Source: Lentisphaeria bacterium (GTDB lineage Bacteria > Verrucomicrobiota > Lentisphaeria > Victivallales > Victivallaceae). Taken from it: a stretch of DNA of 64,000 nucleotides. The stretch is taken from positions 1,732-65,731 of the forward strand of contig JAFWBQ010000079.1 of assembly GCA_017507125.1 (NCBI GenBank), given 5' to 3'. The notes beneath the pieces were generated by a model. That model was not told where the DNA came from and did not search any database. It was given only the letters and a program-made list of their open reading frames with translations. Every line of letters begins with the position of its first letter. Positions within the stretch are counted from its first letter, which is position 1. Below are positions 46,201 to 56,304 of this stretch, piece by piece. The translations under genes and the position numbers were made by a program.

Positions 46201-47992
46201 GTTCCGAGTCTTTCTTCTTATAGTCTTCTCAGGATTATTCTTGCGGGGGCTGTATTTATTTGAATATTCCCACTTCGTCAACTTTGATCTTGCTATCGGT
46301 GCAGATATCGGTGAATATCAATCCCGTGCGCTGGAAATATTAAAGGGGAAATTTTTCCCTGATACTCCCGACATTCACGCTCCTCTTTACAGCATCTTCC
46401 TTGCCGGACTGCAAAAAATCGGTTTTACAATACCCGGGATCCGGATTTTTCAAACACTTCTGAATTATTTTTCCTGGATTGCACTCTTTTTTCTGCTGCT
46501 GAAAAGGTCTGTCCCGTTAAGCAGGGCTCTTGTTTTTCTGGCAATGGCCACATGCCTTGCCCCACTCATTTTTCATCCGGCAGAGTTGATTTCCGAATCC
46601 CTTCTCCTGCCTTTGATGACATCTGTTTTTTTCTCTTTACATTATGCTGAAGAGAAAACTTTTATCCACCGCGCAGTGTTCAGTTCCTGTGCAGGCATTT
46701 TTTCCGCACTTGCACTTATGACCCATGGAATGCTCCTTGGATTTTTGTGTTTGGAAAGTATTTTTCTTTTGTGGCAGAAAAAATGGCAGACAGCTTGCTT
46801 TTTTCTCCTTTTTTCCCTTATGACGGCTGCACCTTTTATAATAGTGCAAAGTTGCCATTACGGTAAATTTACCGGTCTGCAAGCCAACGCAGGTTTCAAT
46901 ATTTTTCTCGGAAACAATCCCCGGGCAACTGGAACATGTTATTTGCGCCCCGGAAATTTATGGCGTCAAACACACGTTCTGGCTCTCAAAGACTCCACAA
47001 AACGCGGTATTTCCACAGACCGTTTTTTCCTTGAAAAAGCCTTTGACTTCTGGAAAAAATCTCCTGCAAAGGGTATAAAACTTTATTTTCAAAAGTTTTT
47101 GCTGATCTTCAGCGGCAAAGAAAATATCGCCGGAGCTGACGGCGGATTCCTTTTCTGCCGAACAGATTCCATGAATTTGCTGCGGTTCCTGACATTTCCG
47201 CTCTTTCTTCTTGCATTGCCCGGAATCTGGATTCTTTTCAGAAAAAAAGAACAACTTTGGTCCCCTCCACTCATTCTGACAGCATCACTCCTCATTATGC
47301 AAATTCTGACTGTTACTTCCGGGCGTTACAGGCTTTTGATGTTTCCCGGCATTATCTACCTTGCTTCTTTTGGGGTATTTCACATCAACTGGAGAAAGTG
47401 GTATATCATTGCACTGCTTATTTTCGCGGTGCAATTCTATCTGACTTACAGCTTTGTCGGAGCCAATAAAGCAGAAGGTACAGCGTTGCTCGGGCAAGCT
47501 CATTTTATAAAAGGGAACTGTGAGCACGCCAAAGAACTTCTTCTCTTTGCCGGGAAACGTTTCAAAGACTCCTCGCGTATTGACAACATCCTGGGAAATA
47601 TTGCAGAAAAAGAAGGCGATCTTGAACTGGCAAGGCATTATTATAAAAAAGTTACACTCGCGGAGCCCTATATGCCAGAAGGCTGGATGAATCTTGCCAA
47701 TGTCACACCGGATATTGCACAGGCGGATCACTTGTTCCGCAAAGCCCTTGAGGCAGCCTCCCCTGCGCCCTCTGCCGATTTACAATATAATTACGCAAAC
47801 TTTCTTTACCGGACCGGACAGCACGCAGCAGCCGGTCATCTTCTGACACAGATCTTCGCTGCAGCTCCTGACCATATTATGTCATTGAATTTAAGCGGAC
47901 TCATGGCTGCAGAAAAAAAAGAGTTCAAAAAGGCTTCCGAACTCTTTTTCCGGGCAGCCCGTTTGAAAGAAAATGAACCAGGCTTCTGGTAA
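46169..47992 (+). CDS. GT-C fold (PMT/ArnT-like, GT39/GT83-type) multi-pass membrane glycosyltransferase-like protein with C-terminal TPR repeats
   Basis: Many hydrophobic helices over ~430 aa, then TPR-like repeats (GNCEHAKELLLFAG...GDLELARHYYKKVTLAEPY...). There is no in-frame ATG before codon ~125. The track start is TTG 46169, overlapping HPr by 32 nt; the exact start is uncertain. Confidence 0.6.
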   Translation: MNTNLISRKSEFRVFLLIVFSGLFLRGLYLFEYSHFVNFDLAIGADIGEYQSRALEILKGKFFPDTPDIHAPLYSIFLAGLQKIGFTIPGIRIFQTLLNYFSWIALFFLLLKRSVPLSRALVFLAMATCLAPLIFHPAELISESLLLPLMTSVFFSLHYAEEKTFIHRAVFSSCAGIFSALALMTHGMLLGFLCLESIFLLWQKKWQTACFFLLFSLMTAAPFIIVQSCHYGKFTGLQANAGFNIFLGNNPRATGTCYLRPGNLWRQTHVLALKDSTKRGISTDRFFLEKAFDFWKKSPAKGIKLYFQKFLLIFSGKENIAGADGGFLFCRTDSMNLLRFLTFPLFLLALPGIWILFRKKEQLWSPPLILTASLLIMQILTVTSGRYRLLMFPGIIYLASFGVFHINWRKWYIIALLIFAVQFYLTYSFVGANKAEGTALLGQAHFIKGNCEHAKELLLFAGKRFKDSSRIDNILGNIAEKEGDLELARHYYKKVTLAEPYMPEGWMNLANVTPDIAQADHLFRKALEAASPAPSADLQYNYANFLYRTGQHAAAGHLLTQIFAAAPDHIMSLNLSGLMAAEKKEFKKASELFFRAARLKENEPGFW

Positions 47993-48083
47993 AATACTGC
48001 CATCACAGCCCGTATGGCTGGCAACAAAGATTTGGAAGCTCTCGCTGCTCAAAAATATTTGCAACTGACAAAGGAGAAACGCC

Positions 48084-50306
48084 ATGAATAACGTCCTTGC
48101 CCCCCTCTATCCGGCTCCGGCTCTCAACTGTTCCATTGATCCAGTTTTTTATCTTGCCCCCGATATTGATGCAGAAAGTGATGATGTGCACATTCTTTTC
48201 AAAAGAAAGATCAATTATCAAGGTTCCGGAAAAGTTCTGTTTCATCTTGCTGTCCATGGCCGTTACAGTTTTTACATCAACGGTCATTGCGGCATGGGAC
48301 CTGTCCGGGGAACAGATTCAAGGATTTTCGTTGACAGTTACGATCTTTCGGAAATAATTACAGCAGGAGAAAATATTCTTACAGTGGAACTCCATTATCC
48401 CGGCAGCAGTTACCGGACCGTTCCGGCTGGAATCCCGGCACTGTGGGCGGAAATTGAAGGTGTTCCGGATTCCCCCTGGGAGTATGCGCCTGATATCAGA
48501 CATAAAAAAAGTTTTGAATTTACTTTTCAACTGGGAAAATGCGAAAACCGGGATGACCGTGAAAAGGATTTTGTTTTTGTTCCTGCAGAAAGAGCTGTTA
48601 ACCCCAATCATGTGGAACTGCATCCCCGCCCCATCCCCCCTTTGACTGCAGATGAATATTTCTTTACCAACATCTGCAAATGCGGTTTCCTTCCTGAGTT
48701 TTCCCCGGATGATGATGATTTTGCCAAAAGACTTGCAGAAGAAGTCCAAATTTCTGCCCCTGATGCTGTTGCCGATGGTGTTTTTGCTCCTCCCCCGGCA
48801 GGATATCACGGTACGTTTGCCATCTTTGATCTGGGCAGAGAGTTTTACGGCAACGTGGTGCTCGAATTTGAAACAGATGAAACAGTGGTCGTTGACCGCT
48901 CCTATGATGAAGTATTGACTTTTTCCAGAGTCAAAAGCCGTTTTGCTTTCGGCAAGTGGATCCCCCGGGCGCGTCATGGGGGGGACTCTTACCGTTTTTC
49001 CGACAGACGTATCGCTGCTCCGGGGAAAAATGTTGTTTCCGTTGACTTCGGCGACAGGGGCGGACGCTTCGTTGAGATCGCGTTCCGCAACCATACCAAG
49101 GCCATCAAAGTCACAAAAATATCTGTCACAGACAGGATCTATCCTGTTCAGGACTCACTTTTCAAGTGTGACGATCCCTTCTTTGACCGCCTTGATGCCA
49201 TGTGTGCCCACACAGTGCGCCACTGTGTTGCCGACACATTTGTGGATTGTCCCTGGCGGGAACAGGCTTTCTGGGTCAACGATTTGGAAGTTGCGGCACG
49301 TTATTACTTTCTTCTGTCTTCAGATCCGGCAATCGTGGAACATGTTCTGCAAGTGGCTCTTGACGGCAGAAAAAAATACAATTGGCTTCCTGCGGTCTAT
49401 CCTGCGGGGGATTCCATGCCTTTTCTTTCAATTCCTGCCATCTGGGTCATAGTGCTTTATGATTTATGGCTCCACTGCGGCAATACGCAGTTTGTGCAGC
49501 GTATTCTGCCTGTGGCGATTGAGGTACTGAATGACTATGAAAAGTTTACAGATGAAACCGGTCTTGTTCCGGAGCATCCCACATGGTGGAACTTTATTGA
49601 TCTTGCCTATGTCAATGCCAAAGCAGATCTTCAGGGACACACAGCCGTACTCAACTCTCTTATCGCCGCAGCATGGCGCTGTATCGCCCGGATGGGAAAT
49701 GATACAGAAGCAGAAGCAAAGGCTCTCAATATCTGCAAGGCTCTGAAAGAAAATCTCTGGGATGACTCCCGAAAGATGTTCCGCGACAGTGATGTCCCCG
49801 GTCACGGTTTTGAACTTTACAGTGCACATCCGGCAGCTATATTGATTTGCTACGATCTTATGCCGGAGCTTTTCACTGAACTTTCACAACAGCTTTACGG
49901 AAGAAATGTACTTCAGCCGGAACCCTATTATCAGCGTTTTTCAGTTGAAGCGGCATTGAAAACAGGACAAACAGCACGTTGTGAAAAAGAGATCCGCAAT
50001 ATATGGCAGCAGATGGTCAACTCAGATTCACCCACGGTTTGGGAACTTTCCCAATTCGGTCCGCGGCCTGACTCCAACACGGCGAACAGCTGCTGTCATG
50101 CCTTTTCAGCCGCCCCCATGTGGTACAGCCGCCGTGTAATGGCCGGTATCCGCCCCGTGGAACCGGGATACAGGAAGTTTGTCTGCGATCCTCTTTATAA
50201 AGGGGATTTCCACTGTATACAACCGACCCCCTGCGGCAATATCGAAGCCATACAAAGAGACGGGAAACTCACAGTGAATTTCCCGCCTGAAATAACGCGT
50301 ATCTGA
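48084..50306 (+). CDS. Alpha-L-rhamnosidase (GH78)-like glycoside hydrolase, cytoplasmic
   Basis: The N-terminal domain resembles Bac_rhamnosid_N (FHLAVHGRYSFYINGHCGMGPVRG...YDLSEIITAGENILTV). The (alpha/alpha)6 region carries FVDCPWREQAFWVNDLE, analogous to the GH78 DCPxRE block. Confidence 0.6.
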   Translation: MNNVLAPLYPAPALNCSIDPVFYLAPDIDAESDDVHILFKRKINYQGSGKVLFHLAVHGRYSFYINGHCGMGPVRGTDSRIFVDSYDLSEIITAGENILTVELHYPGSSYRTVPAGIPALWAEIEGVPDSPWEYAPDIRHKKSFEFTFQLGKCENRDDREKDFVFVPAERAVNPNHVELHPRPIPPLTADEYFFTNICKCGFLPEFSPDDDDFAKRLAEEVQISAPDAVADGVFAPPPAGYHGTFAIFDLGREFYGNVVLEFETDETVVVDRSYDEVLTFSRVKSRFAFGKWIPRARHGGDSYRFSDRRIAAPGKNVVSVDFGDRGGRFVEIAFRNHTKAIKVTKISVTDRIYPVQDSLFKCDDPFFDRLDAMCAHTVRHCVADTFVDCPWREQAFWVNDLEVAARYYFLLSSDPAIVEHVLQVALDGRKKYNWLPAVYPAGDSMPFLSIPAIWVIVLYDLWLHCGNTQFVQRILPVAIEVLNDYEKFTDETGLVPEHPTWWNFIDLAYVNAKADLQGHTAVLNSLIAAAWRCIARMGNDTEAEAKALNICKALKENLWDDSRKMFRDSDVPGHGFELYSAHPAAILICYDLMPELFTELSQQLYGRNVLQPEPYYQRFSVEAALKTGQTARCEKEIRNIWQQMVNSDSPTVWELSQFGPRPDSNTANSCCHAFSAAPMWYSRRVMAGIRPVEPGYRKFVCDPLYKGDFHCIQPTPCGNIEAIQRDGKLTVNFPPEITRI

Positions 50307-50310
50307 AAAC

Positions 50311-51600
50311 TCAGAGAGGTTTGATCCAGCCTGGTTTCTGAAGCTCAAGCACCTTTTCCTTTTCCTCTTTGAGTGCCGTTATCTCATAACGTTCAATGAG
50401 CAGCAAAGTCCGGCGCACCATATCATGATGAGACTCACAGGTATTGATATTTCTGACTCCGAGATGACGTTTGACCACATCCCTGTTGCGCCAATCGGGT
50501 TCCCATGCAGCCTGGTCAACAGCGCCTAAACCTCTGAGATGGGCCAAACCGGATCCGGAACACCAGATATCGAACCAGTGCTGCAAAGCATCAGGATCAC
50601 TCAAAGGTTCGCTGAGGATCTTCATATAGTCAAAGAACTGTTTTTCACGTTCTTCTCCCAGAAGTTCCACTGCTGTCTGAACCTGCTGGTAAGGAAGAAT
50701 TTCCATGCCGTAAATGCCCTGTGCGTCAAATTTGAACTTCACAAGATATCCGCCGAACCAGGTGGGCAGCGCCCATTCAGGTTTGCCGGAGGGGAAGAAA
50801 AAGTTGCCGGGGCAGTAAACAATGGGTTTACCGTTCCATAACTCCACGCCTTCGGGACAATGGGTATGACAGTTCCAGAGAAGATCTGCACCCGCGTCAA
50901 TGAATGCACGGAACATCTCAACCATTCTGGGAGAGGGGAAGGGATTGGTCTCATGTCCGCCGTGGAGCGCCACAAAAACCAGATTTCCCTTAGCCTTTTC
51001 AGCGCGGATCTGATCAAGGATCCTGAAAATCGCCAAAGTCGCAACTCCGGCACGCTCTTCTCTTGCGCCGCCGTACTCATTTTCTGCGTAATTGAGGATG
51101 GAAATCCGGATATTTCCGCAATTGAGTTCCAGAGGTTTGACGGCATCAGCAAGATTTTTGCCGGCGCCCACAGTTTTGGCTCCGGCGGCAGTAAGATGCT
51201 CAATGGTTTCCATGGTCACATCGGGCCCGAAATCACCGATGTGGTTATTGGCAAGCAGAGCCACATCCACATTAAGATGAGAAATGATATCGGTACATTT
51301 CAAAGGAACTTTGAGATTGGGACCGGTTTTGTCAATGGGAGTCTCTGCTTCGGTCACAGTGGTTTCCCACTGTACAATACGCAAATCTGCTGAATCAAAG
51401 AAGGGTTTCACCTCTTTGAAAACCTCTTGAACCTTACCCGCCATAATGGCATCCAAACCGGCGGCTCTGGGACAGATATCTCCCGCGAAGACAGCTGAAT
51501 AGTTTTCTCCGGCGGACTCACGCCAGTTACTGCAACGTTGTACAATATCCATAAAAAAATCCTTTCCTGAACTTGGGGATGAATATACATCCTTTTTCAT
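50311..51600 (-). CDS. CapA/PGA_cap family metallophosphatase-like protein
   Basis: LLANNHIGDFG and VALHGGHE blocks. ATG 51552 (MDIVQR) is an alternative start. Confidence 0.7.
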   Translation of the reverse strand: MKKDVYSSPSSGKDFFMDIVQRCSNWRESAGENYSAVFAGDICPRAAGLDAIMAGKVQEVFKEVKPFFDSADLRIVQWETTVTEAETPIDKTGPNLKVPLKCTDIISHLNVDVALLANNHIGDFGPDVTMETIEHLTAAGAKTVGAGKNLADAVKPLELNCGNIRISILNYAENEYGGAREERAGVATLAIFRILDQIRAEKAKGNLVFVALHGGHETNPFPSPRMVEMFRAFIDAGADLLWNCHTHCPEGVELWNGKPIVYCPGNFFFPSGKPEWALPTWFGGYLVKFKFDAQGIYGMEILPYQQVQTAVELLGEEREKQFFDYMKILSEPLSDPDALQHWFDIWCSGSGLAHLRGLGAVDQAAWEPDWRNRDVVKRHLGVRNINTCESHHDMVRRTLLLIERYEITALKEEKEKVLELQKPGWIKPL

Positions 51601-51638
51601 CCTCTTTCAAGTATCAATTTTAAATAATTAACGAAAAC

Positions 51639-51667
51639 TTGACTTTTTTTTCAATTGATGCTATATT
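51639..51667 (+). promoter_or_regulatory. Predicted promoter TTGACT-17-TATATT for the carbon-nitrogen hydrolase gene
   Basis: -35 at 51639-51644 and -10 at 51662-51667, 80 nt before ATG 51748. Confidence 0.6.
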
Positions 51668-51747
51668 TGGAAATGTTTTTACCTGAAGTTTGTTCCCGGA
51701 GTCATACTTTTTCTCCAAATGTTCACCATTCACAAAAGGAGTTTTCC

Positions 51748-52560
51748 ATGAAAGTTGCGATAATGCAGCCCCCCTACCCTGAAGCAGGCGGAGCCCTCAA
51801 TGTCCTTGCCTGGCAGATCAATGAACTGCACAAAATTCTCCCCGGAGAATACGATTTAGTGATTTTTCCTGAAAACTCCAACTTCACCGGCTACGTTGAT
51901 GCAGAAGATATGAAAAGACTTATACGGGGTCCCGGCGCCGAATATGTTGAAGAACTCCGCAAGTGTGCAAAACGATGCCTCTGTACCATTATGAGCGGTC
52001 TGCTCAATTACGATGCAAAAGGAGTCCTGCGGAATCAGTTGACGGTTTTCACTCCGGAGGGGGAAGAGTTTTCACCTTATACCAAAGTTCATCTTGTTGA
52101 GCCTGAACTTGCCAAAGGCATTGAACCGGGCACCGCGCCTGTTGCCTTTGAGTACAAAGGAGTCCTCTATGGTGCGGGAATCTGTTTTGACCACTATTTT
52201 CCGGAGTTGTTCGTCCAGTACGCAAAACAGCGGATAGATGTGCTCGTTATGGTCAGCCATCAGCGTCAGGAAAGACCTGAGATACTGGAATTCACCACCC
52301 GTGCCCGCGCTTTTGATACGGGATGCACAGTGCTGCGTTCAGCCCCTGCCATGCCGAATCCGGGTATCGGCGGTAAAAGCATGGCTGTTTCCCCGGAAGG
52401 TGAAATCATTGCTGACGCAGGAGGCATCCCCGGTGTTCTGCGCTGCGAAATAAATCCCAAGGCGCGCTTCACACGTGCGGCATCATATGGAGAGCCGGAG
52501 AAAATCATCGACTACCGGGAAGCACTGCTGCTTTCCCGGAGTCACGTTGACAAAGAGTGA
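51748..52560 (+). CDS. Carbon-nitrogen hydrolase (nitrilase superfamily) protein
   Basis: Glu-Lys-Cys triad contexts VIFPENS, YTKVHL and AGICFDHYFPE. Start trimmed to ATG 51748 (MKVAIMQPP), preceded by AAAGGAG. Confidence 0.8.
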   Translation: MKVAIMQPPYPEAGGALNVLAWQINELHKILPGEYDLVIFPENSNFTGYVDAEDMKRLIRGPGAEYVEELRKCAKRCLCTIMSGLLNYDAKGVLRNQLTVFTPEGEEFSPYTKVHLVEPELAKGIEPGTAPVAFEYKGVLYGAGICFDHYFPELFVQYAKQRIDVLVMVSHQRQERPEILEFTTRARAFDTGCTVLRSAPAMPNPGIGGKSMAVSPEGEIIADAGGIPGVLRCEINPKARFTRAASYGEPEKIIDYREALLLSRSHVDKE

Positions 52561-52566
52561 TTTTTC

Positions 52567-53424
52567 TCACTTTCCCCATGGCGGAGCGATGACCTGAAAC
52601 ACGGTCTCGCTCCGTCTCTGTTTATCATCGGGGAATACGGCAAGAGTATATTTTCCGGGTTTCAGTTTTCCGCAGTTGAGAGTACGGTAGTCAAATCCGC
52701 GGAGGGATTTGAGAGTTATATCCCTGACTTTCTCTCCTTTGCTGTCACAGATCCTGAAAGGAACCGGATAGCTGCTGCCGGGTCCCAGAAGTTCATATTC
52801 CACAGGCAGAGTTGTTCTGTCGGCAAAGATGGCGGGCGCCGTCATCTTGAAACTCAACACCTGCCACTCAATAATTCTGACAAGTTTGAAGTCCCCCAGA
52901 TGAAGCACAAGCAGATCGTTGGGGAAATAAAGTCTTGAGTTCAGATGGAACTGCATGCTTCTTACAAGTTCATTTTTCTTCATTGACCGCAATGGAACAG
53001 AGACTTTCACCCATTGATTCTGACGGAGATTTTTTATTCCGAAGGAAACGAGAGTCCTTGTTTTAACGCCGCCGATAGCGATGGTCGCGGGAAGATACTC
53101 CTCATCAGAACGGTTGAAAGTTGTATAAACATTGAACTCAAGATAATCGTATCTTGACCAGTCACGCATTTTCTGAGGCAGAGAAAGGGTACACCGCGGC
53201 CAGGAAGTTCCTTTGGGTTTGCCCGCTTCATCGTAGATGATGGGATAGGTAAAACAGATACTCTGCCCCTTTTCCGGAGTCACCATCTTGCCTTTGGAAG
53301 GAATTGCCACAGCTCTTGTCCATTTCAAGTTGGGAAGGGCCGTAAGTTTATTTTCCTCTGTAAGAGGAGCCGCTGCAAGCACAACTGAAAGGGCTGAAGC
53401 GAAAAGAGTAAACAGTTTTTTCAT
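52567..53424 (-). CDS. Secreted hypothetical protein (CBM/Ig-like beta-rich)
   Basis: Signal peptide MKKLFTLFASALSVVLAAAP. ATG 53424 forms an ATGA overlap with the upstream stop; ATG 53430 is also possible. Confidence 0.6.
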   Translation of the reverse strand: MKKLFTLFASALSVVLAAAPLTEENKLTALPNLKWTRAVAIPSKGKMVTPEKGQSICFTYPIIYDEAGKPKGTSWPRCTLSLPQKMRDWSRYDYLEFNVYTTFNRSDEEYLPATIAIGGVKTRTLVSFGIKNLRQNQWVKVSVPLRSMKKNELVRSMQFHLNSRLYFPNDLLVLHLGDFKLVRIIEWQVLSFKMTAPAIFADRTTLPVEYELLGPGSSYPVPFRICDSKGEKVRDITLKSLRGFDYRTLNCGKLKPGKYTLAVFPDDKQRRSETVFQVIAPPWGK

Positions 53425-55733
53425 TTGCATCCACCTTTGCCTTTGAGAACATCATTGATTGCCGTAATTGCCTCTGCCAGTTTCCAGCGCCATGCGTCCA
53501 TGGTTCCGGTATCCCAGACTCCGTCTGCGTGATCCTTGTAGCGGCGCTGCTGAGGAATCGCCTCAGAGAGCTCTTTCAATACCTTTTCACCTGCGGCGGC
53601 AGCGTTGACAGCACCTTTTTTCCGTGCTTCGGCAACTTTTTTCTGCAAAGTGTAGATATACCTGGCATCATCAATGCCCTCCCGGTAGCAGAGAAAATTC
53701 ATTGCCGGGATGGGGGATCCGTCGTTATCTGTCCGGTTGAGGAAGTCCATGCGGGGGGCGTCCAGATAGTTCCACTGGTCACCGCCGATGCTCTGGTACA
53801 TCCACGGAATAAGAGCCTTGAACTCAGATTTCCAGAAACCGTAACCGAAAGTCATTCTGGCTCCTGCGGGAGTCACATGGTTATTGGAACCGCAGACGGA
53901 GTTGGGATAACACCAGAACTCCGTTCCGGGGCGTTTCTTTTTCCACTCCCGCATCTGTTCGGGAGTCAGAGTGAACTGGGAAGGACACCAGACATCAACA
54001 ACATCGAACAAAGAAGCATAAAGCTTATTAGCCGGATCAGCAGTCACATAGGTTCTGCCGCCGTTTCGTTTAACGATCTCACCGAGCCGCTTGAGATATG
54101 CAACGACCGTGGGAGTACAGTCGGGTTCATCTGTCAGATAGATGAGAGGCTCCGGCCATTTGGGATTCTTTTTATACTCGGCAAAAATCCTTTTTATAAC
54201 AGTTTCAACATCCTTGAAATACTGTTCATTGGGCATGACCATGCCGGTCAGGTGCGGCGGCAGTCTCTTCTTCATATTATCTGCATAAAGTCTTCCTTCG
54301 CCGTAAGAGGCAGGAACCGGCGCAGTAATACCGTATTTATTCAGAGATTTTTCACCATTTCTGAAACGATCAAAAAGAATGAAAATATCCTTTGATGCCG
54401 CTCTTCTGGTTGCCCAGAAGCCCAGAGTGATGCCGTTGAAACCGGCTTCCTGCAATCCGGCAAGCTCGGTTTCTCTTTTGTTGGTAAGCCAGGCTTTTGA
54501 ATGGGCACAATTTGACACCGCTTCAGGCATAGGCAGATTGTAATAGATGGAATAGATCTTATCAGGATCCTTTTGAAGATCGAATCCCAGAACTTTGACC
54601 GTCAGCGGCAGAATTTTTGTAACGCTGTCGCATTTAAGGGTCACTTTCCCGGAGTAGATCCCGGGCTTTGCCCCGGCAGGAACCTTGACGGTCAGCCAGA
54701 AACGCAAGTTCCGGTTTTTCTCAAGTTCCAGAGATTTTCTGAAAGGCATGACGATATCAGGGGCTTCAAAGTATCTGTCAGTCACGGTGTAGTGAGGACG
54801 GACATACATGTAGCGCACATAGCGGAGTTCCGGAGCGGAAAGTTTGCTGCCGCCGGGACCGGTAAGCTCAGAAGCAGAAAGAGAAACGCTGTTGAGATTT
54901 TTCAGCGCCCGCACAGTGAAAGTCAGACTTTCCAGTTCATTGCCTGCGGCAAAACATCTCAAGGGGGCATTGATCTCATGAAGTTTCGGCAACTCAGACG
55001 GAAACACGGGATCATTGAAACCTCTTCTGAAAAGAGCAAAGCCGTCTTTGAGCTGCTGAGAGCTCCAGCGCACCTTTTCAGCGGGTCTGATAATGGGCTG
55101 GGGAATTTGTTTCCATTTTTTCAGTTTGTCGGCAGGGAGCATAAAAATCTCCTGCTGAAGAGTGCGGAACTCTTCACTTTTTCTGAAAGATGCCCACTTT
55201 TTTTCGGGCACAAGGATCAAAGCATTAATAAGCCAGGAACTCTTGGTTTTGATGGAAATTTTTGCACCGTTTTTGTCTGCGGAAACAGGAAAAACAACTT
55301 CATTGATCCCGAACTTCCGCCAATGATTGATCTCTTCTCCACCGATCCGGGTGTTCCAGACAAATTCTCTGGAGGGTCTTCCGGGGTGTCCGGTCAGCAC
55401 CCATGCGGTATACTTGCCTACCGGAACATTCAAAGTCAGCAAAGCATCGCCTTTGCCGCTCACATGGTCACAGCTCAACTCGTTGAAATAGACTTGGGGC
55501 GCTTCAATGGTCTTGCGCCTTTTATTTTCCGCACTCTCAACGATCTTGTTCGCAGAACCGGTCAGTTTGGAATCAGACCGCCACTGATAGCCTTTCCCTT
55601 TTCCGTGAGTCACACGGATATATCCATCACGGAGCGGAGAGTCGGCACGACCGAAATCGTAACGGAATACCCCATCACTGCCGCAGAGAGTTGCCGCAGC
55701 GGCAGCAGCTATAAAAAGATGTACTTTTCTCAT
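53421..55733 (-). CDS. Large secreted protein, putative glycoside hydrolase (CBM-like N-terminus; C-terminal region reminiscent of DUF4091/GH123-type)
   Basis: Signal peptide MRKVHLFIAAAAAATLCG from ATG 55733 (ATGA overlap with the flavodoxin-like gene stop). Normal amino-acid composition, unlike the two long antisense ORFs. Confidence 0.6.
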   Translation of the reverse strand: MRKVHLFIAAAAAATLCGSDGVFRYDFGRADSPLRDGYIRVTHGKGKGYQWRSDSKLTGSANKIVESAENKRRKTIEAPQVYFNELSCDHVSGKGDALLTLNVPVGKYTAWVLTGHPGRPSREFVWNTRIGGEEINHWRKFGINEVVFPVSADKNGAKISIKTKSSWLINALILVPEKKWASFRKSEEFRTLQQEIFMLPADKLKKWKQIPQPIIRPAEKVRWSSQQLKDGFALFRRGFNDPVFPSELPKLHEINAPLRCFAAGNELESLTFTVRALKNLNSVSLSASELTGPGGSKLSAPELRYVRYMYVRPHYTVTDRYFEAPDIVMPFRKSLELEKNRNLRFWLTVKVPAGAKPGIYSGKVTLKCDSVTKILPLTVKVLGFDLQKDPDKIYSIYYNLPMPEAVSNCAHSKAWLTNKRETELAGLQEAGFNGITLGFWATRRAASKDIFILFDRFRNGEKSLNKYGITAPVPASYGEGRLYADNMKKRLPPHLTGMVMPNEQYFKDVETVIKRIFAEYKKNPKWPEPLIYLTDEPDCTPTVVAYLKRLGEIVKRNGGRTYVTADPANKLYASLFDVVDVWCPSQFTLTPEQMREWKKKRPGTEFWCYPNSVCGSNNHVTPAGARMTFGYGFWKSEFKALIPWMYQSIGGDQWNYLDAPRMDFLNRTDNDGSPIPAMNFLCYREGIDDARYIYTLQKKVAEARKKGAVNAAAAGEKVLKELSEAIPQQRRYKDHADGVWDTGTMDAWRWKLAEAITAINDVLKGKGGCK

Positions 55734-56272
55734 TTCATCACCTTTTCGACCCATTCTTTTACTTGGGGGGCAATTTTCTTTACGTGAGTGCCATAGCAGC
55801 TGAATCCGGTATCAGCAGCGGCGGGACAAAGTTTTTTCGTATCTTTGAAATAGTTTGCGGGACCGCCTTTACCGTGAGTACAGAAAAAGAAAACCTTCCT
55901 GCCCCTGAGATCATTCTGCTGCAGAAAGCTGCGCACAGGCGGTGCATAAGTTCCGAACCAGACGGGGGAACCGATAAAGATCACATCAAATTTCCGCAAA
56001 TCATTTTTCAAAGGTTTGATGGGAGAACTTTTTTCCTGTTTAAGCTCCGTTCTTCCTCTTTTGAGGACCTCAGAATATTTTCTTGAATAAGGCTTTACCG
56101 GCATGATTTTTTCGCATACACCGCCTGTATTTTTTGCAATAAGTTCAGCCACCTGCCGGGTATTTCCGGCATCAGACCAGGAATAATAAAGAATAAGCGT
56201 CTTGCTTTTCTCAGCACCTGAAAGAACGCAACAGAAAAGTCCGAAACACACCAGCAATATCATTTTTCTCAT
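55730..56272 (-). CDS. Flavodoxin-like fold protein (Flavodoxin_4-like) with an N-terminal signal peptide
   Basis: TLILYYSWSDAGNTRQVAE ... VIFIGSPVWFGTYAPP flavodoxin-like blocks. Start trimmed to ATG 56272 (MRKMILLVCFGLFCCVLSGA); the track start 56308 is GTG. Confidence 0.7.
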   Translation of the reverse strand: MRKMILLVCFGLFCCVLSGAEKSKTLILYYSWSDAGNTRQVAELIAKNTGGVCEKIMPVKPYSRKYSEVLKRGRTELKQEKSSPIKPLKNDLRKFDVIFIGSPVWFGTYAPPVRSFLQQNDLRGRKVFFFCTHGKGGPANYFKDTKKLCPAAADTGFSCYGTHVKKIAPQVKEWVEKVMK

Positions 56273-56304
56273 ACACATTTTCCTTTCCTTTAAATAGCAA
56301 AAAA

